Positions 40,328-49,085 of a stretch of 64,000 nucleotides of DNA are shown here, one piece after another (positions within the stretch are counted from its first letter, which is position 1; every line of letters begins with the position of its first letter). Origin of the DNA: a virus; IMG/VR virus record IMGVR_UViG_3300048694_001005, positions 96,001 to 160,000 of that record; one strand, 5' to 3'. Both the position numbers and the translations under genes were made by a program. The notes below the pieces were generated by a model. That model had not been told where the DNA came from and searched no databases. It saw nothing but the letters and a program-made list of their open reading frames with translations.

Positions 40328-40761
40328 TTGTATTTTGGTTTTTCTTATGGACACTATGCCTATATTTCGTACATAGATTGGCACATGCTATCCCATTCAT
40401 ACAGACTATACATAACGATCATCATGCCTTTATAGCAAACAATACTCCACCTGTGTGGCAGTGGAACAATTTGCTTTTGTTCAATGATACCTGGCTAAGT
40501 ACATTGGATCTCTGGCTTACCGAAGTGTTACCTACGATTATCTTTGCTTGGTTAACAGGACAGTGGTGGATTATGGTATTTTATTATTTTTGGGCCGCGC
40601 TGTTGCAAGAAAGAATAGAACACAATCCACAATTTGATATCTTTCCAATATTACCTAGTGGATGCTGGCATTTGTTGCATCATGATAATTGCAGGGTTAA
40701 CTTTGGTCCTTTCGTTGTAATATGGGATATAATTTTTGGGACTTACAAATGCTCGCAATAG
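40324..40761 (+). CDS. Sterol desaturase/fatty-acid hydroxylase family membrane protein
   Basis: His boxes HRLAH, HNDHH and HLLHH; NFG..WD.IFGT. Confidence 0.85.
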   Translation: MIVFWFFLWTLCLYFVHRLAHAIPFIQTIHNDHHAFIANNTPPVWQWNNLLLFNDTWLSTLDLWLTEVLPTIIFAWLTGQWWIMVFYYFWAALLQERIEHNPQFDIFPILPSGCWHLLHHDNCRVNFGPFVVIWDIIFGTYKCSQ

Positions 40762-41633
40762 GTCATAATGACTGGTTTCAAATTAGTTTGTCAAAAGGCG
40801 ACATTTCTAATATTCAGTCCCCTTTTACAATTTCTTTCAATTTATCATCAAAAGTGCCTGACATGGATTTTAATTCTGCGGCTGACTATACTGCGCGGAT
40901 AATTAATCAAAAATATAATAATTTACATCTATGTCTCAGTGGAGGCTTAGATAGTGAGTTTGTAGCTAAAGTGCTATTAAGAAACCAAATTCCTTTTACA
41001 CCAGTGGTGGTAAATACGCCACACAATTCTGAAATCTGGTACGCACAAAAATTTTGTTATGAACACAATCTTAAGCCTATAGTTTTTGATTTCTCTAGCA
41101 AAACGCAAGTGCAAAATAACTTTTATATGGGAGATTTAATTTGTTTAGCTTATGAAAAAGCTATTTCAATGAATTTACCAGTAGTTGAAGCACTTATATC
41201 TAATGTTATATCAAATTTATTACGGGATGACTCGATTAACTTAATAACAGGATTTGGAGACCCTTTGCCTATATCAAAAACATATGATGAACCCATGGGC
41301 GAAGTTGTAGAAATTAGTGATCACGATTATTATTTGGAATTGGAATATCAATCAAAACATCCCGGAGCTTTTTTCTCTTTTACTCCGGAACTCTTCAAAT
41401 CAATGTTACAAAATATCGATACAACTCTCAATAGTCAGACAGCTAAGTCAAAGTTATATGACTTGCCGGTTAGACCTAAGTCTTTCTCATCTTTTGAATT
41501 TTGCAAGTACGTACTTGCGTCGCGAAATGCGGTCTATCAAAAAATAAATGAGAAGTTTCGTCGTTCCGACCAGTTGGCGTTTTTACAATTACCTAGATCA
41601 GAAGTTTATCAAATGTTGAGTGTCGATAAATAG
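40749..41633 (+). CDS. PP-loop adenine-nucleotide alpha-hydrolase-like protein
   Basis: LCLSGGLDSEF; lacks the QueC C-terminal Zn-binding Cys cluster; AT-rich. Confidence 0.6.
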   Translation: MLAIGHNDWFQISLSKGDISNIQSPFTISFNLSSKVPDMDFNSAADYTARIINQKYNNLHLCLSGGLDSEFVAKVLLRNQIPFTPVVVNTPHNSEIWYAQKFCYEHNLKPIVFDFSSKTQVQNNFYMGDLICLAYEKAISMNLPVVEALISNVISNLLRDDSINLITGFGDPLPISKTYDEPMGEVVEISDHDYYLELEYQSKHPGAFFSFTPELFKSMLQNIDTTLNSQTAKSKLYDLPVRPKSFSSFEFCKYVLASRNAVYQKINEKFRRSDQLAFLQLPRSEVYQMLSVDK

Positions 41634-41639
41634 ATGTAC

Positions 41640-41712
41640 AGCGGTCTTTTGGCGTCATCCCGCTTTACGAAATTCTGCCGCCTATGCTATAATCTAACAT
41701 AGGAGAAATAAC
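41640..41712 (+). promoter_or_regulatory. Candidate preQ1-I-like riboswitch/translational switch
   Basis: AGCGG/CCGCT stem with a CATC-CC junction; loop GGCG pairs with TGCC/CGCC; CCTATG/CATAGG hairpin occludes SD AGGAG; ATAAATA just upstream; precedes queD. Confidence 0.55.
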
Positions 41713-41889
41713 ATGGCACAAGAACTAACTTACGAAGAATGGCGTTCTCTAAATACTGTAGTAATTGATACAGGTGTGAGCGCAGCATTGAAACAACTGC
41801 ACAACATCGATGCAGACGCTGAGGTTGAATCAGCAATGCGACGAGAATATGAAGCCTATCTCGCTCATGAAACATCTAAGGGAGATTAA
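41713..41889 (+). CDS. Small protein (58 aa) between the riboswitch candidate and queD, absent from the ORF track
   Basis: Hand-translated MAQELTYEEW...TSKGD; SD AGGAG. Confidence 0.65.
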   Translation: MAQELTYEEWRSLNTVVIDTGVSAALKQLHNIDADAEVESAMRREYEAYLAHETSKGD

Positions 41890-41890
41890 T

Positions 41891-42367
41891 ATGGCCAAAT
41901 ACATCAGCACAAAAACCTACAGACAAATCGGACCAGTAGCCTACCGTCAGTGGCGCGCCGATAGTCATTGCAATCTCGTCCATGGATACGCACTGAGTTT
42001 CCACTTTGAGTTTGAATGTGATACTCTGGATGCTAGAAACTGGTGCATGGATTTCGGTGGTCTCAAACCACTCAAAGACAAACTGGAAGAATGGTTTGAT
42101 CATACCCTGCTAGTGGCAGAAGATGATCCTCAGCGCGAAGAATTAATTCGACTAGGCAAGTTAGGACTAGCCAAGATCACTGAAGTGGAAAAGACTGGTT
42201 GCGAAGGTCTAGCGGATTTTCTCTATGAGTATGTAAACACCATTTTCCTGCCGCAATACGGCGCAGCCGAAGCTGAACGTATTTGGTGCTGTAGAGTAGA
42301 AGTTCGTGAAACTGACAGCAACATGGCTATGCGGGTGGGTCATAGGTCGGACGCTGAGTTTGAATAA
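41891..42367 (+). CDS. queD: 6-carboxy-5,6,7,8-tetrahydropterin synthase
   Basis: CNLVHGY; MDFGGLK; FDHTLL; CEGLA; EVRETDSN; SD GGAG. Confidence 0.9.
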   Translation: MAKYISTKTYRQIGPVAYRQWRADSHCNLVHGYALSFHFEFECDTLDARNWCMDFGGLKPLKDKLEEWFDHTLLVAEDDPQREELIRLGKLGLAKITEVEKTGCEGLADFLYEYVNTIFLPQYGAAEAERIWCCRVEVRETDSNMAMRVGHRSDAEFE

Positions 42368-42572
42368 AGAGTTTGTTCTTAAGTGGCTGTCACATGCCAT
42401 CATTGTGGCGGCCACAGTAGCCAATGCATTTGACTTTGTACCCTTAAACAAAGTATTATTTTTACTTGGCTGCGTTTTATGGACTTGGGTAGGTTTGATT
42501 TGGCGGCAACCTAGTTTATGGACACTCAATATATTTTGTGGTTTGATTTACGTTATAGGATTAATTAAATGA
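42360..42572 (+). CDS. Small membrane protein (PnuC-like short family)
   Basis: Hydrophobic helices; probable TTG start overlapping the queD stop (track start 42306). Confidence 0.5.
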   Translation: MNKEFVLKWLSHAIIVAATVANAFDFVPLNKVLFLLGCVLWTWVGLIWRQPSLWTLNIFCGLIYVIGLIK

Positions 42573-42862
42573 AATTGTTTGATCGATGGTTTATGAAAAA
42601 GTTTCGCTGGGCGTGGCAACATAGGCACGATGACGGTATTGAACCAGCAGTGCGTTCAACCGCATCAATTGAAGAGGATAATCATAATCTAACTGATGGC
42701 GTAACCATTTACCTTAAACAAGTTATAGGTGGTAGATTAGTTTCTTTCCGCACTTACGATCGTAAGATGGATGAAAACAACACAAGAACCTATGTTATTA
42801 CAGAAGATCAAAATTTTGAGCTGGAGTTAGGTAAGATTATTACACTGGAGAGCATGAGATAA
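42569..42862 (+). CDS. Hypothetical protein, paralog A
   Basis: GGRLVSFRTYD...ITLESMR. Confidence 0.6.
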   Translation: MKLFDRWFMKKFRWAWQHRHDDGIEPAVRSTASIEEDNHNLTDGVTIYLKQVIGGRLVSFRTYDRKMDENNTRTYVITEDQNFELELGKIITLESMR

Positions 42863-43182
42863 TGGGAAACTGGACTTTTACTGGTTGGTTTAGTAAAAAC
42901 AAAAATAGGAATTTGGTTGGTTCCTCGTCGACAACATCACCTATGGTTTTTATGAATGCTCAAACTGCGGGTCCAACGTCTGATAGAGATAAATTTATCA
43001 ACGCTAATGGAATTACATTTACCGTTTACCCTGCAACTGGTGGTCATATTGTAGAATTTAGATCCTATGACTCTACAATGGATAGATTAACAACACGGTT
43101 GCATGTTATCCCAGAGGGCGAAGAATTCGCTCAACGGATAGCAGAAACTGTTACTTTGGAATGTTTGAGAGGAAAACAATGA
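42862..43182 (+). CDS. Hypothetical protein, paralog B
   Basis: GGHIVEFRSYD...VTLECLR. Confidence 0.6.
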   Translation: MGNWTFTGWFSKNKNRNLVGSSSTTSPMVFMNAQTAGPTSDRDKFINANGITFTVYPATGGHIVEFRSYDSTMDRLTTRLHVIPEGEEFAQRIAETVTLECLRGKQ

Positions 43183-44024
43183 GCAAAATTAAGATTGCAG
43201 AGCTGTTCTACAGTATACAGGGAGAGGGCAGATACATGGGTGTGCCCAGTGTTTTCCTTAGAACCTTTGGTTGTAACTTTACTTGTAGTGGCTTTGGCAT
43301 GCCGATTGGACAAAAGTCCACAGAGCGTGATGCGATTGCAGAACGTATTGATGAATATAAAAATTATAATGAATTACCTTTGGTTTCTACAGGTTGCGAC
43401 AGTTTCGCCAGTTGGGACGTGAGATTTAAACATCTTAGTCCAGTAATAGATACCAATGACATTGCAACAAAAATAATTGATATATTGCCCTACAAGGCCT
43501 GGCGTGATGAGCATTTGGTTATTACTGGCGGTGAGCCACTACTGGGTTGGCAGCGTAGCTATCCAGACTTGTTGAATCATCCATTAATGATCAACCTTAA
43601 AGAACTTACTTTTGAAACTAATGGAACGCAGCCCTTAAGTGACGAATTCGCACAGTATCTAATTGACAAATGGTTGTATCGCAAAGACAGTTTGACTTTT
43701 AGTGTCAGTCCAAAATTGTCGGCATCTGGCGAATGTTGGTGTGACGCTATTAAACCTGAGATTGTAGTGGACTATGAGCGGCATGGTTACACGTATCTTA
43801 AGTTTGTAGTATCTACTGAAATGGATGTCAAAGAAGCATTGCAGGCAGTATCAGAATATCGTGCAGCGGGATTTACGGGTCCGGTATATTTGATGCCAGT
43901 GGGCGGAGTTGAAAGTGTTTATTCACTTAACAATAGGCGGGTTGCAGAGCTAGCTATGAAACATGGGCTACGCTACAGTGACAGATTACAAGTGCCGCTT
44001 TTCAAGAATGCATGGGGAACCTAA
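43179..44024 (+). CDS. queE: 7-carboxy-7-deazaguanine synthase (radical SAM)
   Basis: ELFYSIQGEG; FLRTFGCNFTC...GCDS; ITGGEP; FETNG; SVSPKL; SDRLQV. Confidence 0.9.
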   Translation: MSKIKIAELFYSIQGEGRYMGVPSVFLRTFGCNFTCSGFGMPIGQKSTERDAIAERIDEYKNYNELPLVSTGCDSFASWDVRFKHLSPVIDTNDIATKIIDILPYKAWRDEHLVITGGEPLLGWQRSYPDLLNHPLMINLKELTFETNGTQPLSDEFAQYLIDKWLYRKDSLTFSVSPKLSASGECWCDAIKPEIVVDYERHGYTYLKFVVSTEMDVKEALQAVSEYRAAGFTGPVYLMPVGGVESVYSLNNRRVAELAMKHGLRYSDRLQVPLFKNAWGT

Positions 44025-44035
44025 AAGGAAAAATT

Positions 44036-44737
44036 ATGTCTTTAACTATTAAAATGATTACATTATTGAAAAATCTTTTAAACACACAACAATCAGTAGC
44101 TACGCCGCCTAAAGCTGCGCCGGCTAAAGCTGCACCACCTAAAATTAGGAAAAAATCTAATAAATTGACTAAGAAGCAAATAAGAATTATAGAATCATTA
44201 GAGGGACACCAATTGCCTATTAATATAGCAACTGGTGCAGATAATGCAGTTGGTCATTATGTTGAAAATTGGTTAGAAAATCAAGGCATCCCAATTGATA
44301 AATTTGCTGTTTGCGATTTGGCTGATGGCAAGGAGATCAAAACAAGGAAAAAAAGCAGCAGTGCCAAACACACCGTTGGGATTATGACATATGACAAAAT
44401 TAATTGGTGTTCCTATGATACAAGCGATGTCAAGAAAAAACTTACATACCAAATAAGATTGGAATGGAATGAACAGTTTTTTACCATAGACAAGGTTCAG
44501 TTCATGGATTTTAGAGATAAAGAAATACAGAAATTGCTTAAAAAAAGATATGATGCTTCTAAAGCAGCAGTAATTGCTGCTCAAAAGAATGGGTTTATCC
44601 GGCACAATTCATATGGTGATTTTGAGTATAAAGACGGTAACTGCTTTGCCTTTAGACTTCCAGATGCGATTATGAAGCAAATTATTTCAATGTCAAAATC
44701 TTCTGGCTCGAGAAAAAATATATTTGATATCAAGTAA
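44036..44737 (+). CDS. PD-(D/E)XK endonuclease-like protein (MutH/restriction-like)
   Basis: VGHYVE...CDLADGKEIKTR; AT-rich; basic N-terminus. Confidence 0.5.
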   Translation: MSLTIKMITLLKNLLNTQQSVATPPKAAPAKAAPPKIRKKSNKLTKKQIRIIESLEGHQLPINIATGADNAVGHYVENWLENQGIPIDKFAVCDLADGKEIKTRKKSSSAKHTVGIMTYDKINWCSYDTSDVKKKLTYQIRLEWNEQFFTIDKVQFMDFRDKEIQKLLKKRYDASKAAVIAAQKNGFIRHNSYGDFEYKDGNCFAFRLPDAIMKQIISMSKSSGSRKNIFDIK

Positions 44738-44749
44738 AAAAGGATCCAA

Positions 44750-45091
44750 ATGTTTGACTATTTCAAAAAGCTATTTGGCAAGAAAACAAAAACCACAAAG
44801 GAACTGGCCACAGAACGTGGTGAGCCATATGTTAATGTATTAAGTGTGGATATTGATCCTAAAAGTCCCAAGACTGGTAGTTTTGAATTAGATTGGAATA
44901 TTCACTTTATAGAACTGTTGCGTAAAAGTGGGTATGTAGGCAAAACGCAAGAACAAGTTATAGATCAATGGTTTAACGACGTTTGCAGAAATGTGGTGTT
45001 GGAAAGCTATGAGCAAGAGCAAGCGGATCCTGCTAATCGCTCATTCGTTACCCGCAAACCTGTGGATAAAAATCGTAGCGAAATTGGTTAG
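44750..45091 (+). CDS. Hypothetical protein
   Basis: GSFELDWN..F...L...GY.G block; SD AAGGA. Confidence 0.65.
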   Translation: MFDYFKKLFGKKTKTTKELATERGEPYVNVLSVDIDPKSPKTGSFELDWNIHFIELLRKSGYVGKTQEQVIDQWFNDVCRNVVLESYEQEQADPANRSFVTRKPVDKNRSEIG

Positions 45092-45098
45092 ATTCTAC

Positions 45099-45127
45099 TT
45101 GACTGCATAATTATATGCTGCTATTAT
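45099..45127 (+). promoter_or_regulatory. Sigma70-type promoter
   Basis: TTGACT-N17-TATTAT. Confidence 0.6.
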
Positions 45128-45133
45128 AGCTGC

Positions 45134-46123
45134 ATGACTAGATACCTTATTGTTGACTTAGCGAATACATTTTTCCGTGCCCGGCATGCCGCACATCGCA
45201 GTGCTGACATGTGGGATCGGTTAGGCTTTGCGGTACATGTGTCACTGGCTAGTATAGCCAAATGTTGGCGTGAGCAACGAGCTGATCATTGTGTAATTTG
45301 CTTGGAAGGTAGATCCTGGCGCAAGGACTTTTATAAGCCCTACAAAGCTAATCGTGCTGTAGCTCGCGCAGCCCTTACCGAAACAGAGCAGGAAGAAGAT
45401 AAACTGTTTTGGGAAGCTTTTGATAATCTCAAAACATTCCTTGCTGAAAAATCTAACTGTACTGTATTGCATCATAAAGAGCTTGAAGCTGATGATTTGA
45501 TTGCAGGTTGGATTCGCAATCATCCCAACGATCATCACACCATTGTTAGCAGTGACAGTGACTTCCATCAACTACTTGCAGAAAATGTGAACCAATACAA
45601 TGGTATTGCAGAAGAACTGCATACCCTAACAGGGATCTTTGATGATCGTGGTCGCGCAGTAGTTGACAAGAAAACTAAAGAACCCAAGAAGATACCGGAT
45701 CCCAAGTGGATTCTGTTTGAAAAATGTATGCGTGGTGATCCTACTGATAACGTGTTCAGTGCATTTCCTGGTGTGCGTGAAAAAGGCAGCAAGAACCGCG
45801 TTGGGTTACGCGAAGCATTTGCTGATAAAAACAGCAAGGGATTTGCTTGGAATAATCTCATGCTCCAACGATGGCTTGATCACAACAAAGAAGAACATCG
45901 CGTTTTGGATGATTACAATCGCAATGTGACATTAGTTGATTTGACCGCACAACCTGATGGTATTAAACTTAAGATTGATGAAACAATTCAAAACGTCCAG
46001 CCTAAGAATTCAAAAATGGTAGGTGCAAACTTTTTGAAATTCTGCGGCAAATATGAACTAAAACGCATCAGTGACCAAGTGGAAAGATATGTTGAATTTC
46101 TCCAAGCTGCTTACAAAAAATAA
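45134..46123 (+). CDS. rnh: RNase H / 5'-3' flap exonuclease (T4 Rnh-like)
   Basis: LIVDLAN; SWRKDFY..YKANR; EADDLIA; SSDSDFHQL; GDPTDNV. Confidence 0.9.
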   Translation: MTRYLIVDLANTFFRARHAAHRSADMWDRLGFAVHVSLASIAKCWREQRADHCVICLEGRSWRKDFYKPYKANRAVARAALTETEQEEDKLFWEAFDNLKTFLAEKSNCTVLHHKELEADDLIAGWIRNHPNDHHTIVSSDSDFHQLLAENVNQYNGIAEELHTLTGIFDDRGRAVVDKKTKEPKKIPDPKWILFEKCMRGDPTDNVFSAFPGVREKGSKNRVGLREAFADKNSKGFAWNNLMLQRWLDHNKEEHRVLDDYNRNVTLVDLTAQPDGIKLKIDETIQNVQPKNSKMVGANFLKFCGKYELKRISDQVERYVEFLQAAYKK

Positions 46124-46784
46124 ACGTAAAGACCTAAAATGGTTTGATGGTGAAGTGACGTGCGTCAATGCTGGTCCAGGCGCCGAAGAAAGTTTTTTTG
46201 AAAAGTTATTCAAACGACCTGCACCACTGATCCACAAAGATGATCGCAGGCTAGTGGGTAATTTCCTTAAACCCAATTTGGAACAAGGTCCCTGGATCGC
46301 AGGAGGTGCTCCGCTGCGTTGGTATCAAAACTTGTCTGTGGGTGATCATGATATTGATGTGTTTTTTGCCAACCAACAGCAGTTTGATGAACTATCAGAA
46401 ATCGTTACTAAGCGACTGAGCGGATACATACTGTTCAATAGTGAACATGCACTAACGCTCAAGGCCTACGTAAATAATTTGGATTACAAGGTTCAATTGA
46501 TCAAAAAATTCCGACCATCACTGGCTGATCTTTTGGATAATTTTGATATTACAGTATGCAAAATTGCCACAGATGGTGAATACTGGGTCAAGGGCCAAGA
46601 CTTTGATCGTGATCTAGCTGCACGGGCATTGGTATTACACAATGAATTGAGGCCGGACAGCATTAAACGAGTGGTAAAATATATGCTGTATGGCTATGAG
46701 CCCAGCAATGAATTACTGGACCAAATTTACAACAACGCAGACCTACAGGTGAAATTTAGCGATGATGAAGACTATAGAATGTGA
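46071..46784 (+). CDS. Class II nucleotidyltransferase head domain (CCA/poly(A)-polymerase-like)
   Basis: IAGGAPLR...DIDVFF; FDITVCKIA; R..KY..YGY. True start uncertain. Confidence 0.7.
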   Translation: MTKWKDMLNFSKLLTKNKRKDLKWFDGEVTCVNAGPGAEESFFEKLFKRPAPLIHKDDRRLVGNFLKPNLEQGPWIAGGAPLRWYQNLSVGDHDIDVFFANQQQFDELSEIVTKRLSGYILFNSEHALTLKAYVNNLDYKVQLIKKFRPSLADLLDNFDITVCKIATDGEYWVKGQDFDRDLAARALVLHNELRPDSIKRVVKYMLYGYEPSNELLDQIYNNADLQVKFSDDEDYRM

Positions 46785-47121
46785 TGAGCGGTATGGTGGT
46801 GTGTTGGCCTGGAGTCGCATCGACCCCAAACCCGTGTTAGTGCATGATACCAAGACTGGACAATATATCACGTGTTGGAATGGTGCGGCCTTTCCCAGAC
46901 GTGTTGGACTGGTATTAGCAGCCAAGTTTCTTTTTGGGTTGTACCCATCGCCGTCAGTGGTTAAGGAACTAGCCCAGGAATGTGCAGGTCTAAAGATGAA
47001 ACTTAACCTTAGCAAAGTAGAGAATAGCATCGCCGCTGCCATTTTAATCTTGCGAAATAACACAGAGGATCGCAAGGATGTTTTGCGATGGTTTGATAAA
47101 CGTAACGCAATGGAGGTTTAA
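46762..47121 (+). CDS. Hypothetical protein
   Basis: ORF track. Confidence 0.45.
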   Translation: MMKTIECDERYGGVLAWSRIDPKPVLVHDTKTGQYITCWNGAAFPRRVGLVLAAKFLFGLYPSPSVVKELAQECAGLKMKLNLSKVENSIAAAILILRNNTEDRKDVLRWFDKRNAMEV

Positions 47122-47340
47122 ATGAACACACTGGAAGATCTGATAGTAAATTCTGATATTTTCGACACCATCATGACGCGACGACTGGCAGAAGATATCA
47201 AATCAGTTAGTGATGATATCGCTCGCTTGCGTAAGATTAAACGACTGAAGCCATATCAGCAGGAGGATCTGGAAGCAAATCTGGAGATATTAGCAGCATT
47301 GAATCACGTTTATGACTATTATGGTGGACATCTGGAATGA
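47122..47340 (+). CDS. Hypothetical protein
   Basis: SD GGAGG; ORF. Confidence 0.6.
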   Translation: MNTLEDLIVNSDIFDTIMTRRLAEDIKSVSDDIARLRKIKRLKPYQQEDLEANLEILAALNHVYDYYGGHLE

Positions 47341-47507
47341 ATAGCTATGTAGTAGAGTTGGAAGAAGACGAATACGGTTACCTCATACTGCCATTGCCCG
47401 AAGATTTACTACGCAAAATGGGCTGGCGCGAGGGTGATACTATTAAATGGCATGACAATGGTGATGGATCTTACAGTTTAACTAAAAAGAAGGCACAAGA
47501 TGCGTAA
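47337..47507 (+). CDS. AbrB/MazE-like DNA-binding protein (56 aa), absent from the ORF track
   Basis: Hand-translated; LILPLPEDLLRKMGWREGDTIKW. Confidence 0.7.
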   Translation: MNSYVVELEEDEYGYLILPLPEDLLRKMGWREGDTIKWHDNGDGSYSLTKKKAQDA

Positions 47508-48051
47508 AGAATTTGATGAATTACTGTGCAGCAAATATCCCCTAATCTTCAAAGATAGGCATGGAGATATGACTAAAACAGCTATGGTCTGGGGGTTTGA
47601 ATGTAGCGATGGATGGTTTACATTAATTGATAACCTTTGCCGCCAGTTGATGAATGATGTGACGCAATGTCAATATAGGCTTGAGCGCCAGGAACATATG
47701 GCCACCGTCACTGATAGGTCAGAATGGAATCAATGGCAGCTGGATAATTTCTCTGATGAGCAGTTACAACTGGCGCGCACAGAATTAGCAGAAGCCATGG
47801 CCAAAGTACCAGTGGCAGTGCAGGTCAAGGAAAAATTTGGTGGTCTACGTTTTTATGTGCATGGTGGCACTGATAAACATCATGCCTTGATAAGTTTTGC
47901 AGAAGAGCTCAGCTACAAAATCTGTGAAGATTGTGGTGCGATGCAGGATACAAAAACTTATACGCAGGGCTGGAATAGAACGCTGTGTCCTACGCATGCG
48001 CTACAACATTATGGGGCTGATGCATTGGAACCTGAGGTAGGTCCAGTATGA
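47500..48051 (+). CDS. Hypothetical phage protein
   Basis: GFECSDGW; QVKEKFGGLRFY; CEDCG. Confidence 0.7.
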   Translation: MRKEFDELLCSKYPLIFKDRHGDMTKTAMVWGFECSDGWFTLIDNLCRQLMNDVTQCQYRLERQEHMATVTDRSEWNQWQLDNFSDEQLQLARTELAEAMAKVPVAVQVKEKFGGLRFYVHGGTDKHHALISFAEELSYKICEDCGAMQDTKTYTQGWNRTLCPTHALQHYGADALEPEVGPV

Positions 48052-48470
48052 GCAACCTAGTTAAGCATGCAGAAAACGAACTCAAATCGGTGGGTATGTT
48101 AGACAGTGGCGAGGAAATGAATGAGTTCATGTGCAAGAATTTGCTGGACTTGATAAAAGTATTCTCAGAGCAGGGACATAGTGGCATGAGTGCTAGCTAT
48201 TGCGTGGATATGTTTAGCAAATTGGCTAGATTTGAGCCGCTGGGTCCGTTAACTGGTGAGGACTGGGAATGGGTTGAAATCGCACAGCAAGATGGACCAC
48301 TGTATCAAAATATTCGATGCAGCCATGTATTCAAGGATAATAACGGCGCATACGATATAGATGGCAAAGTTTTTATTGGAACATCTGGTGGGGCCTATAC
48401 CAATAAGGACAGCAGAGTACCAGTGACCTTTCCCTATACACCCAAGACAGAGTATGTAAACGTATTATGA
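48048..48470 (+). CDS. Hypothetical phage protein
   Basis: FSEQGHSGMSA; PLGPLTGEDWEW. Confidence 0.7.
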   Translation: MSNLVKHAENELKSVGMLDSGEEMNEFMCKNLLDLIKVFSEQGHSGMSASYCVDMFSKLARFEPLGPLTGEDWEWVEIAQQDGPLYQNIRCSHVFKDNNGAYDIDGKVFIGTSGGAYTNKDSRVPVTFPYTPKTEYVNVL

Positions 48471-48826
48471 TTGATCATATTGTCATTACTGATCCGTTGC
48501 TTACCGCGTCACTGACGCCTAAGCCTTATATTTCTCAGCCAGCATATATAAATTCCCAACCCATGCGTAATGTAGTGGGCGAAGTCCATTACAACACTAC
48601 CACTCAAATGATGGAAATCTTTGATGGACAGTCTTGGCGCTCAGTATCACAGGCCGTTACGCTTAATGCAGGGCCTAGATTACATGCAGTAGTGAGCTGG
48701 GCCGAAAACAAGATGCGTGAAGAAGCAGAACTTGAAGCATTAATGGCAAAACATCCAGGGTTAAAAGAATCCAAGGAACGATTTGATATTATGCTGGCAT
48801 TAACTAAAGAAACAACAAATGAGTGA
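48467..48826 (+). CDS. Hypothetical protein
   Basis: ORF; ATGA-coupled. Confidence 0.6.
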   Translation: MIDHIVITDPLLTASLTPKPYISQPAYINSQPMRNVVGEVHYNTTTQMMEIFDGQSWRSVSQAVTLNAGPRLHAVVSWAENKMREEAELEALMAKHPGLKESKERFDIMLALTKETTNE

Positions 48827-49085
48827 TAACAAAACCTGGAACGATTTGGTTCAAAGTATTTGGCCCAACGTAACTGCCGAACAAGCGGAGATATTGCTAT
48901 GGGAAACCACTTGTTTTCCCATGGGCACAGCGGAGGACGTTGAGCGGCAATTACGAGAAAATTATCAACGCAGCGGTGGCGATGTTGATCTAATTGTTAA
49001 GTTAGTGTATGCTGACATAGATCAACATATACAGGAGAATAGATTTTGGGAAGCACTAACAGATGACTATGAAAACCGCAAATAA
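48819..49085 (+). CDS. Hypothetical protein
   Basis: ORF. Confidence 0.6.
   Translation: MSDNKTWNDLVQSIWPNVTAEQAEILLWETTCFPMGTAEDVERQLRENYQRSGGDVDLIVKLVYADIDQHIQENRFWEALTDDYENRK

Noticed and set aside
40749-41633. queC
   Set aside because: It has the SGGLDS loop but lacks the QueC substrate motifs and C-terminal CxxCxxC zinc site.
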